This document shows positions 38,723 to 50,100 of a stretch of DNA of 64,000 nt, one piece after another. The stretch is from the NCBI GenBank assembly GCA_964393185.1, contig CAYMSO010000007.1, forward strand, positions 930 through 64,929, read 5' to 3'. The translations under genes and the position numbers were made by a program. Under the pieces are notes generated by a model. It saw nothing but the letters and a program-made list of their open reading frames with translations. It searched no databases and was not told the origin of the DNA. This stretch comes from an uncultured Candidatus Saccharibacteria bacterium. Lineage in GTDB: Bacteria; Patescibacteriota; Dojkabacteria; J137. How positions within the stretch are numbered: the first letter of the stretch is position 1; each line of letters begins with the position of its first letter.

Positions 38723-40198
38723 TTATAATTTTGCGTGTCTGGATTTATGTTTCTTTGTTACTTGATTTAAGAACTCCCGCAATTTAAATTCCTTGTCTTC
38801 TCCAATTTTTTGAGTTGGATCTAAACTTAATAATTCTTCTTGTTCAGCAAGCTCTTTTCTCAGCAACGATATCCAGTCTGGAATTTCTTTATGTGGTATA
38901 TCTGTAAGGACTCCAGTATTTAAAGCATACAAAATGCTTACCATTTCTATCAATGTATAAGGTTCATTTTCTGGTTGCTTTAATATCTCCATAGACAAAG
39001 CTCCTTTGTCTAATCTTTCTTGAGTAGAAGAATCCAAATCTGTTCCAAACTGAGCAAATGCTGCGAGTTCCCTATACTGAGCAAGGTCAAGCTTTAACTG
39101 TCCAGCTACTTGCTTCATAATTTTTGTTTGTGCAGCTCCACCAACTCTAGACACAGAGTTTCCTACATTGACTGCAGGTCTCTGCCCTGAATTAAATAAA
39201 GTCGCATCTAAAAAGATCTGCCCATCTGTTATAGAAATAATATTTGTTGGAATATAGGCAGCTATATCTCCGGCTTGAGTTTCTATAATAGGAAGTGCGG
39301 TTAAAGAACCTCCTTTGTTCTCCCTGCTATATTGTAGTGCACGTTCAAGTAATCTTGAGTGTAAGTAGAAAATATCCCCGGGATATGCATCTCTACCCGA
39401 AGGTCTACCTAAAAGTAAAGAAATTTCTCTGTATGCTTGAGCATGCTTACTTAAATCATCGTATATAACTAATGCATCTTTACCATTTTCTGCAAAATAT
39501 TCACCAATTGCTGTGCCAGTAAATGCAGCTATGTATTGCATTGCGGCGCTGGAGCTTACTGGAGCAGAAATTATCACACTTGTGTTTAAAGCGCCCTGTT
39601 GTTCTAATCGCTTTATAAGCTGAGACAATTTAGAAACTTTTTGCCCAATAGAAATATAAATAGAAATACAGTTTTTATCTTTCAGATTAATCATTGTATC
39701 GATTGCAATGGAAGTTTTGCCTGTTTGTCTATCTCCAATAATAAGTTGTCTCTGACCTCTTCCTATTGGTATTAATGCATCTATGGCTAGTATGCCTGTT
39801 TCTAATGACCTTTGAACATCATCTCTTTCTATAACGCCAGCAGCTATTTTTTCTAGTGGCATTTCTACAATTTTACTTGTTTGGCTAAATATTGGACCTT
39901 TTCCATCCAATGGATTGCCTAAAGCATCTATTACCCGACCTAAATAATCTTCGCTTACTTTAAGAGACAATACTTTACCGGTTGATTTAATCTGATCTCC
40001 TGCTTTAATTTTTGCAAAATCTCCAAGTGTTATGATTCCAACAAAATCCTCCGAAATTTCTACAACTAGTCCGGGTATAGATTCAAAATTAGAGGTATAA
40101 ATTTCGACTAATTCATTCATACCTACGCCATCTAAATTTTGAACTAACAAAATACCATCTTTTACACTTAATATTGTTCCAATGTGTGTCTTAGTCAT
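38723..40198 (-). CDS. atpA: F0F1 ATP synthase subunit alpha (short N-terminus)
   Basis: GDRQTGKTSIA Walker A and a canonical alpha core. Only 5 residues precede the beta-barrel motif IGTILSVKDGILLVQNL. An in-frame stop 3 codons upstream rules out a longer N-terminus. Confidence 0.95.
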   Translation of the reverse strand: MTKTHIGTILSVKDGILLVQNLDGVGMNELVEIYTSNFESIPGLVVEISEDFVGIITLGDFAKIKAGDQIKSTGKVLSLKVSEDYLGRVIDALGNPLDGKGPIFSQTSKIVEMPLEKIAAGVIERDDVQRSLETGILAIDALIPIGRGQRQLIIGDRQTGKTSIAIDTMINLKDKNCISIYISIGQKVSKLSQLIKRLEQQGALNTSVIISAPVSSSAAMQYIAAFTGTAIGEYFAENGKDALVIYDDLSKHAQAYREISLLLGRPSGRDAYPGDIFYLHSRLLERALQYSRENKGGSLTALPIIETQAGDIAAYIPTNIISITDGQIFLDATLFNSGQRPAVNVGNSVSRVGGAAQTKIMKQVAGQLKLDLAQYRELAAFAQFGTDLDSSTQERLDKGALSMEILKQPENEPYTLIEMVSILYALNTGVLTDIPHKEIPDWISLLRKELAEQEELLSLDPTQKIGEDKEFKLREFLNQVTKKHKSRHAKL

Positions 40199-40691
40199 TT
40201 CTAAAACTTAAAGATAATTTATCTAAAGCTTCTTTTACTTTAATTGGATCGACGGACTTAATATCTTGGTCAAAAACTTCCGAAAGCATAAATATAACGC
40301 CCGCACGAACATCCTTCTCGTATTGATCTTTTAATTTTGAAAGCATCTGCTCCTGAGCAATCTTGGCTTCTTTCAAAATTGAATCAGCCTTTTTTTCTGC
40401 TTGTGTAATAATTTCGTCTGCCTTATTCTTGCTCTGTTCTAATAGCTCTTTAGATTCAGTTCTTGCTTGATTTTGGGCCTTTTTTAATTGCTCGTTTACT
40501 TTACTTTCCAAAGCAACTTTGGCTTCTTCAGCTTCTGACTTAAGTTTGCTAATATTTTGAATTTCTTTCTGCCTAGCTGCTAAAGTTTTTCTTAAACTTG
40601 GTAAAAACTTTTTATCTATTACTATGTATAAAATTGTAAACAATATTACATAAATAATAATACTGTTAAGATTGATTCCTAAAGCTTCCAT
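40191..40691 (-). CDS. atpF: F0F1 ATP synthase subunit b
   Basis: A single N-terminal TM followed by a long charged helix. 166 aa, positioned between atpE and atpA. Confidence 0.75.
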   Translation of the reverse strand: MEALGINLNSIIIYVILFTILYIVIDKKFLPSLRKTLAARQKEIQNISKLKSEAEEAKVALESKVNEQLKKAQNQARTESKELLEQSKNKADEIITQAEKKADSILKEAKIAQEQMLSKLKDQYEKDVRAGVIFMLSEVFDQDIKSVDPIKVKEALDKLSLSFRND

Positions 40692-40694
40692 TGT

Positions 40695-40931
<237 letters not shown>

Positions 40932-40951
40932 TTAGTTAATTTATTAAATAA

Positions 40952-41821
40952 TTAATGACTCTCCATTGCCAAGCTTAAAAAAACAGCTGTAAGCATAAAG
41001 AATACAAAAGCTTGAATTGCTCCGACAAAAATTTCTAGACCTAAAAATGGCAAGGTAGCCACACCAAATGTAAGAGCTGTAAGTACACTCAACAATACTT
41101 CGCCTGCAAAAATATTGCCAAATAAACGGAAAGCAAACGAAATTATCTTTCCGATTTCTGATATTAACTCAAGAATTCCAACTATTGCACTAATGCCGCT
41201 AGAAAAATCTATGTACCTTTTTAAAAACATTGGTCCTCGCACTACAATTCCCACAGCATTTGTTACAACTACAGAGATTATTGCCAATGCTATAGTCATA
41301 GACAAATCTGCACTTGGAGCCCTAAATATTGGAGCAAAACTTTCGTTTTCTATAATTCCTTTATTTGATAGTAAACAACTTCCACTTACTAAACACAAGA
41401 TATTTTTATCTGTTTCTATTTCTGCTTTATTTGTAGATTCCTTAGCTTTTAGTATTTCTATAAATTCGATGTTATTAATTTTTTGCGGATCTTCTACAAT
41501 TCCTATTCCAGGTACAATTGGCAGTAAACCAGAGTAGTTAGAGGCTAAAATAAAAACAAAAAAGGTGAGCAAGAAACCAAAATATTTATGTACATGCTTT
41601 TCTCCAAGTATATCTTTTGCCATTCCCCAAAGAACTTCGTATATAACTTCAATCATTAACTGTAGTTTGCCTGGATTAAAGCTACTTAATCTGTAAGATC
41701 CTACTACCAAAAAAAAGGTTAAAAAAATGGCTGTTACAACAGCCATTATCATAGAATTAGTTATTGCTATTCCACTTATATCAAAAATCGTTTCTGGGAC
41801 AAAAGAAATATGTATATCCAT
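40952..41821 (-). CDS. atpB: F0F1 ATP synthase subunit a
   Basis: Polytopic membrane protein. FRLFGNIFAGE contains the conserved Arg motif of subunit a. Confidence 0.85.
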   Translation of the reverse strand: MDIHISFVPETIFDISGIAITNSMIMAVVTAIFLTFFLVVGSYRLSSFNPGKLQLMIEVIYEVLWGMAKDILGEKHVHKYFGFLLTFFVFILASNYSGLLPIVPGIGIVEDPQKINNIEFIEILKAKESTNKAEIETDKNILCLVSGSCLLSNKGIIENESFAPIFRAPSADLSMTIALAIISVVVTNAVGIVVRGPMFLKRYIDFSSGISAIVGILELISEIGKIISFAFRLFGNIFAGEVLLSVLTALTFGVATLPFLGLEIFVGAIQAFVFFMLTAVFLSLAMESH

Positions 41822-42019
41822 TTGTGTGTTGCTTAAGAGTTAACTATGCATAAACCAACATTCAACGAGATTGTATATCTGCAACCAAAAACTGTCAATA
41901 TTTTATTAATTGCAAAAGTATAGTAAAATGAAGTTTGCGTCATTACTACAAATTCTGCTTCCAAATATTAGTGACTCATCTTTGCAAAAATGCTATAATT
42001 ATATAGTAAATATATATAA

Positions 42020-42982
42020 ATGAACGATAATAGTGAAGATCTCCCAGGAAGACACGGCGAGAATTATATTTGGATGGCTATATATCAAGAAGCTAGGGAG
42101 CTGGCAACAAAGTTTGTAAAGATGTTTGATGAACAAATAGAATTAGATTCGAACCAACCGCTTATTAAGCAAGATAACTTTGAAGAATTGCCTGATGGAG
42201 TTATTGAGCTTACAGAAAAGCTTTTATCTCCGGACATAAGCAATGTAGAGGTTTGTAATTTCATTCTTGAAACTTTAGGTTTAGACCTAGAGACATTTTA
42301 TCTTTCTATGGGAAAAGATGTAACTGACATTAAGCAAAGTGAAGAACGAATTAAGAACAGTCTAATTTCTAAGGTTAGACCATTGTTTCTAGATAAGGAC
42401 GCTATAAAATTTAGAAGAGGAATTATTAACAAAAGAAAAATTGATATGCATTTTGGTCAATATAGAGCAGAAAATAAGCGAAAATTAATCGAGATGAATA
42501 AAAAAGACGCATTTATACTTGCAGAAGATGCTAAAGCAGGAATAGAATTTGCTATATTAAATATACAAGATACAGAGGGATCTTTTCAATTTGACAATAT
42601 AGTAGCTCAAGCGAAAACTGGAACGCCACAGTATTATCAGGAATTACGATTAAATACTTACTATATTACCAAGTTTATTTTGGCTGTCAAGCACTTAAGA
42701 GAAAATCCATCTGACCTTGCACAGGCTGAAGTAACACTACAAGATGTAATAGAAGTTATCAACCGTCAGATACCAGAGAAAATAATAGAAAGTAGAGAGA
42801 CTGAAAGTATAGAAAAGCTCAAATGGTTAATAGGTCAATTAATAATGCGCTTTAAAAATAATCAAATCCCAGGACATCCAGAGTATTCTGAATTGTACCA
42901 AAAATTAGTGGCAGCCTATTCCGAAGAATATAAAAGACGTATGAGTATGAAGAGTAGAAGGCAAGATCCTGAGGAGAACTGA
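42020..42982 (+). CDS. hypothetical protein
   Basis: 320-aa ORF, helical and charged. No family recognised. Confidence 0.45.
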   Translation: MNDNSEDLPGRHGENYIWMAIYQEARELATKFVKMFDEQIELDSNQPLIKQDNFEELPDGVIELTEKLLSPDISNVEVCNFILETLGLDLETFYLSMGKDVTDIKQSEERIKNSLISKVRPLFLDKDAIKFRRGIINKRKIDMHFGQYRAENKRKLIEMNKKDAFILAEDAKAGIEFAILNIQDTEGSFQFDNIVAQAKTGTPQYYQELRLNTYYITKFILAVKHLRENPSDLAQAEVTLQDVIEVINRQIPEKIIESRETESIEKLKWLIGQLIMRFKNNQIPGHPEYSELYQKLVAAYSEEYKRRMSMKSRRQDPEEN

Positions 42983-43024
42983 TATATTATAGATGTGTTT
43001 TTATAACAAGATTATACATCACTT

Positions 43025-43474
43025 CTAAAAACCTCGATTTACTGCTCTATTTACATCAGATATGTGGTGATTTAGATGACTAATTACTGAAGTAAGTAAC
43101 TCATTTATACTATAGTCTCTAGAGCCTTTTTTATATTTCATGTTTTTAACTTTTTTGTTTTGTACCACTTTTTTAATTCTACTGTGCGCTTTCAGCAATA
43201 ATTCAACTAATTCTTTGGTTTGAAAGGACTTTAATGATTCAATTCCATTCTGATTTATATCTGTATATTTCCCCTCCAGCAGTTTGAATTTAACGCGTTT
43301 TTCAAGAGACTCCAGATTATCTGCATAATAGCAATGCCAAAAAGTTATATGAGCTAGAATATCCTTTGCATTCCATTCTTTGTACACTAAAATTTTCTCT
43401 GAATTATTGCCAATCAAAGCTACTAAATCTTCTAGCTTTAATGTAATTTGGTTAAATAAGTCCAAATTTGTCAT
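43025..43474 (-). CDS. DinB/ClbS-like four-helix-bundle protein (divergent paralog)
   Basis: WNAKDILAHITFWHCYYADNLE parallels the LKDVLAHLVAWDELF motif of the neighbouring ClbS/DfsB gene. Overlaps it by 4 nt. Confidence 0.45.
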   Translation of the reverse strand: MTNLDLFNQITLKLEDLVALIGNNSEKILVYKEWNAKDILAHITFWHCYYADNLESLEKRVKFKLLEGKYTDINQNGIESLKSFQTKELVELLLKAHSRIKKVVQNKKVKNMKYKKGSRDYSINELLTSVISHLNHHISDVNRAVNRGF

Positions 43475-43965
43475 TTTTTAATTTGTTTTTTTATTAATTC
43501 ATTTGCCCAAACATAATGGCTTGGCAAAACAGATGCAAGATAACTACCAAGTGATGTACTGCCAGTCCATTTATACTTTTTCTTTTCAAATAACTCTTCG
43601 TCAGAGTGTTTTTTAATTATTTCTAAAATCTGCTGATGTTTTTTTCTTAATCTATTCAATATCTCGTCAAATGCAACATCTTTATAATCTAAATATAATT
43701 TTTCGTTTAGTAGGGGTACAGTTTTAAAAGTATAACCTGGTGCAGGTACTTGTGGTTGTTCACCCTTCATCCCTAAATCATACCAATCAATAAACAATTC
43801 ATCCCAAGCAACTAAATGTGCAAGTACATCTTTTAGTGTTCTATTATCAAAAATAACAGCCTCAAGATTAGCTTCATCCCTAAAATGCTTCACATATTCT
43901 TCTAGTTTGGTTAATTCTTTTTCACCAAAATCAATCAATTCTTGTTTTGTTCTAGCTCTTGCCAT
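43471..43965 (-). CDS. ClbS/DfsB family (DUF1706) four-helix-bundle protein
   Basis: KQELIDFGEKELTKLEEYV, LKDVLAHLVAWDELFIDWY, W.GSTSLGSYLASVLPSHYVWA. Confidence 0.65.
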   Translation of the reverse strand: MARARTKQELIDFGEKELTKLEEYVKHFRDEANLEAVIFDNRTLKDVLAHLVAWDELFIDWYDLGMKGEQPQVPAPGYTFKTVPLLNEKLYLDYKDVAFDEILNRLRKKHQQILEIIKKHSDEELFEKKKYKWTGSTSLGSYLASVLPSHYVWANELIKKQIKK

Positions 43966-44163
43966 TATATTTAATTAATATTAATACCTAATAATACATG
44001 TAAATTGATCCTCTTACATTATTTTGATGTCAGAAATTTCTATTTAAAAACCTTTATGATATTATTCATTGTACTCTCATTTTCTACTGGCAGGTTTTTA
44101 GGTTTAATAGCAACTTGGTAAGAAGTTGCATATTGCTTTCTATCTTAGAAATTTATAAACACT

Positions 44164-47100
44164 ATGAAAATCATCAAAAAGCAAGTTCGAAAGATCTCAC
44201 TTGTTAAGATGTCTGCAATCTACTTTTCTACTTTTTTGGCATTTTCTCCACTAACTGCAACTTTTGCTCAAATCTCTGCCAATGTTAACAACTATGATTT
44301 TGAAGTAAGAGAATTTAATACTGAAACACTCGAGCCAAATCAAGAAGTTGAAATCCCAATCAAAATTGACAATTTGGGAACACAGAGTTGGTATAAAGAT
44401 GATCTTTCTGGTACGCCCAAAATACAGTTAAGCTATAAAATAACAGATAGTGCAAACAATATTGTAGAAGGCGAAAAAACTGATTTACTCGCAGATGTAC
44501 TTGATATAAGCGCTGCACCAAACAATATTTTAGATGCAAATCAAAAATTAAAAATTAAAGCACCTGATTTGGAAGGGAGTTACTCTTTAGAGGTAATGCT
44601 TTTTGACAACGAAAAACAAATATTAATAGAATCTTCTAATAAAGAAAAGAATATATTTAATTTACTAGTTGAAATTCCCCTAACCCCAGATATAACTAGT
44701 CCAACTGGAGCATTAGAAATTATAAAAGTAATTCCAGATTCACTTCCAGAAACTGAAACTATAGGTACAAATATAAATATTAAATTAACTGCAAATGATC
44801 CTCAGGTAGATGGAGCTTTAACATCGGGTATTTCAGAATATATATTGTCTGATTCTTCAGTTTTTGCAAATTCTGAGTGGCTATCTTGGAGCCAATCTAC
44901 TGAGTTAGTTATAAATAGAACACTACAAAATATTCCTGGTGAACATTCATTCTATGTAAAATTTAAAGATGCAGTGGGTAATATATCTCAAATATATTCT
45001 GATACAATAAATTTTGTATCCACAGCTCCGATAGGAAGTATAGAAGTAGACAAGGATGAATTAGTAAATGTTTCTAATGATTCCACTCCTCAACTCCAAG
45101 TCCAGGATAACAATTTAAAAATTTACCTTAACGCTACAAGCAATGTAGGAGTTTCGGAATATAAATTAGCTTACACAGATCAAATTCTATCTTCTAATAG
45201 CGAAATTGAACAATTTTTGAATAACCATAGTTGGAATGCTTTTACAAATACCACACTAAGTTCACAACAGGAGGTTAAAGACCTTGTGCTAACTGACGAG
45301 ACCGGAAGCTATTATTTTTTTGTTAAGTATAAAAACTTACAAGGTCAAGAATCAGAAATTTATTCTACAAGCATTAATTATCAAAAATACAATATTACAC
45401 CAGAACTTACTGCATCCTCACAACAAGCACTTTTTGCAGGAGATATGGAATTTTCGGCAACTATAAAAAATAGTGGGGAAGATATAGGTTACAACGCAAG
45501 AATAGAAGTTGTTCTTCCTAAGGGATTCAGTTTTATAGAACCAATGTCTGCGAATGGTAAGGCAGCCATTATACCTACATTTATTTCTACGAACCAAGCA
45601 GGAAATCAAATTTTAGTTTACCAAGGGGTTGCTGATTTGTTGACTGGAGAATCTGTAACCATTAACTCGAAAATAAAAGTAGGTGGACAGAATGACGGTT
45701 ATAAGATAGGAGATATAGTTCCAATCCAAGTAAAAGGCCAGTTATTTAAAAGATCGAATTTTATTACAGGATTCGAAACAAATGTAATAGCACAAGTTGA
45801 GTTAAAACCCTTTATTGTAAATTACAATGAACAAGGTAACCAAGAACACCTTGTTGGAGATATTGTAGATAATAATGTAGAAATTAGAACAAACGAAGAA
45901 ATTCCTTCGGATGAATCTCAAAATGAGTTAGATCCGATAGAGGCAAGCCCACTAGTTGTCGAATTTGAACTAACAAATGGCGTAAATTATGTAGATGGCT
46001 CTCAACAAGTATTAATAAACGGCGTGCCCGCAGCTGTTGCTTTCCAAATTGTCGAAATGATTAACAGCAATCCTATTTTAGTTTGGATGTTAGGACAAGT
46101 TGATGTTAACACAGTAATACAGATTTTCTTTCAAACAGAAATAGAAAAAATAGAAAGTCAGGACGAAATAAGCACTGATTTTGTAGATCACAACGAAGAA
46201 CTAAATAATAATTTATTAGTATCGGGAGATTATACTAATCCATGCAGTGTTGCCGATTTACTAGCTGATAATTGTGAAGAATCGAAAGAATACTCAGAAA
46301 TAATAGGAAATAACATTACTGCAAAATACTTTGATGTACAAAAATGGTCAAATATAGATAGTGAAGAATTAGAACCTAATAGCATAATCACATATACAAT
46401 AAGAATTGAAACTAGTAAATATTACGATTTAACGGGAATAGAAATTATTGATTTATTGCCGGATGGAGTTAGCTTTGATCCAAACCAAAGTAATTTACAA
46501 TTTAATAATGACATACAACTAGATTTATTTGACGTAAGTCAAGACACATTAACAGGGGAAACAAAATTAGTCTGGAGAATAAACAATCAATCAGGAATAG
46601 AAGCAGGTACAGTATACCAATTTAGCTACGATGTGCGAGTCAATCAGAATTATACAAATAAAAATGATAATGGTGATTACAGAATAGTATCAGACGATAT
46701 CCTAACGAGTTTAGTAACAGTTAGAGGCGTTTGGTCAGATATAAATAACACTATAAGAGAAGAAACAGTTGAAGAACGAATTAAAGAAGAAACTGCTACG
46801 ACAAATGATAGTTTAAGTGAACCTAAATTCGAAAAAGGTATCAAATTAGCAAATACTCAAGATGACTATTCCGATAATGTAATGGCTCGAATCGGAGATA
46901 AATTCGATATTTATACACTAATTACTTTTCCAGAAAACACACCTACAAAAGATTTTAACTTTAGAACATATTTACCAGTCGGTACAAAACTTGTAGAAGA
47001 CTCTTTGAATGTTACTCCTACTGGGACATTTTCTAAAGATCCAACGTATCAACAATCAATTGCTGGAGGGTATTTGTTTGATTTGGGCAAAGTAGAAGGA

Positions 47101-50100
47101 GGTAGCACTTTTAGAATAGATTATCAGATTGAAGTGTTAGATGATGCTAATTTAAAAGAAGCAGTTATTGTAAGGAACCTTTTTAGAGTTGACTATAAAA
47201 ATATAGTAGACTCTAAGTTTACTTTTAGAGATGAAGTTACACTAAATTTAATAGAGCCTATTATACAAGTTAGAAAAAGGATAGTTGATGGTTATCTAGC
47301 TCGAGGCGAAATTTCTACTGTTGAATTAAGAATCAAAAATACGGGGCATGACTCTGCTTATAATTTAAACTTAAAAGATACTATTCCTAACAATACTGTA
47401 CTCATTAATGTTAATAATCAGTTTTCTATTATTAGCAATCTAGGCAATACATTCAATGTAGTTTATAACGATAATACGCAAGAATTTGAGATGAGTAATT
47501 TTGATCTGTTGCCAAGCGAGCAAATTATTATAAATTATCAAATTCTAACAAATGAGCAGGTTATTTTTGGAGACAAGATCAATAGCATAGTCACCGTATC
47601 AGAATATTCTAATAGGCCTGAAGAAGATACATTAATAGCTCGAAACTATCCGGCAAAAACTTATAACTTTAACTGGAAAGCAGCTGAACCATTATTAATA
47701 ACTGATTTAAATATTAATCCGCAAATTAATACCGGACTAAATGTAACTAGGGATCAACAATTTAAATTGAAAGCAATAGTTAAGACAGTAGGAAAAGCAC
47801 CAGTTTACAATACATCAATACAAGTTGACGTAAGCTTTTTAACAAAATTTGCAGAAGATATTAATAGTATTCCTTTTAAATTGTACTTAGACGAAGTAGA
47901 AACTCTAGATTATGAATTTTCTGTTTCTGAAGGCGTTTACATTTTTGAAGGAATAAATTTAGGACCAAACAGTACATTCCAAATTGATTTTGATTTAACA
48001 GTTCCTGAATTTGCAGATTTTGATAGCGAATATCTAGTTTCTATTTCCGCCATTGGTAAGGACAAATTGGGAAATAATATAAGAAAAGATGGTTCTAACG
48101 AAACAAACACCGATACGGACTCCGATGATAGAACAGAAGAAAATATTAAAATAGTTCGCCTCTCTCCAAGTGACATAAGAGGAGAAATAACTTTCCAAAT
48201 TGCCGGGCAATCAGCTAATATTACTAATCAAAGTTCAGTAGATACTGTTACATATCAATTAGAATCTCAAAACAAAATAGTTGGAGTAAGATTTTCGAAT
48301 GATGGCATTAATTGGTACACGCACGATGCACTAGATTTACTAGACAATGCAACTTTACAAGCTCTTGGAATAGAAGGAAATTGGAATGTTTGGAATCAGT
48401 CAAATACCTTTGTAGATGATTGTGTAAGCAGTTTGAACGCATGTACTTTGAGCATAGAAGGAAATAATTATAAATTTGTAGAAGTTGTAGACTTACAAAA
48501 CTATACAACAATTGTAGAGGGCAAAATTATAAAAGATACTACAGCACCAGCATTTCTTAATTTAAGTATTAGCCCTTTTGAAGGAGATTTAACCAATCCA
48601 GAATATACTGCGCTTCAAGATAATTACCTAAACTTTTATGCGTACGATACTTGTGTAGATGATGGATTACCACTAGCATGCGCGGGCATAGCTGAATTTT
48701 CTTACTCGACTGATAATCAAAACTGGTCCGAATGGCTACCTGCTCAAAACGGGTTGAACAGTTACTTGGTAAGTTATCCTGTAATTGGAAATGGACAAAG
48801 TTATTTTGGCTATTTAAAAGTAAGAGATGCAGTGGGAAATGAATATCTAAGGCAAACAAGCGCTTTAGATCCTTATACGGATTTAGAACTGCAGAGTAAC
48901 ATTGTTGCAGACTCAATCAAATATACAAACAACATTCCACAGGTGACTTTAAATTTAAACAAAGGAGCAGAGTATACTGCTGACTCTTTAGTTGAACTTG
49001 GATTAGAAATTATCCAAACACCAGCAGGAATACAGCAAATCCGTTACCACTACTCACAAAATGAATTTGACATAAATGCAGAATGGTTTGAGTACGTTTA
49101 TTCTCAAAATTTAAATAGGTCTTTGAATAATACAATGGAGGATGGTGTAAAGGAGATTTGCGTTCAAGTTATGGATAATGCTGGTGCAGTTTCGAACATC
49201 GCATGCGACTCAATTATTCTTGATAATTCAGCACCTACTGGATTCTTAGTTATTAATAATGGAGAAGCTGATACGGAGCATAGAGATATAGTATTAAATA
49301 TAGCGGCATCAGATCCTAATTTATTTGATGGTACGTTAGGAGTCTGGGGTCTTCAAATGCAGTTTTCGAAAACAGGAGAAGATTGTGCATTAATAATAAA
49401 CACTGCAGAAAAAGCTAAGTGCGATTTGGCATGGACAAGCTGGGAAAACTATTCCTCAACAAAAAATTGGGCTCTGGAAGATTTAATCGGTGATCAAAGA
49501 GTTTATCTAAGACTGAAAGACGCCTTAGGAAACTTGTCGAGTATCATATCTTCTCATATTTCTTACAATCCTATTAAAGGTAGCGGAAACATTATCATTA
49601 ACAATAACGATGCCTTTACAAATTCGAAGTATGTTAACTTGGATTTGACATTTAATATGTCCGAATTCAACTGCAATTTGTGCACTAGACCAGCATTGAT
49701 GAGATTTTACGAATCAAGCTCACTACCAGACAGCACGTTACCAGTTGCACCAGGAATAAATCCAACTGAATCAGAACTGAATGGCTGGACAAATTGGCAG
49801 GAATATTCTTCTGCTTTGCAATGGGACATAGATAAAAATAATGTTTCGTATCCTAACTTCGGCTATAAAACGGTTTATGTTCAGTATCTGCTACCAAATA
49901 CAACTTTGACCGATGTTTACTATGATTCTATTATTTATGCACCATATTACTCAATAGATTATTACAAGATTGATGGCACAGGCATAAATATTTCTAATAC
50001 AGCAACCAAAGATAATTTTGTAAAATACTCTACTTATCAACTAGATTTGTTACCAAGCGAAGTACTAAGCCAGGAATCTTTCAATATTAATTTTAATGCC

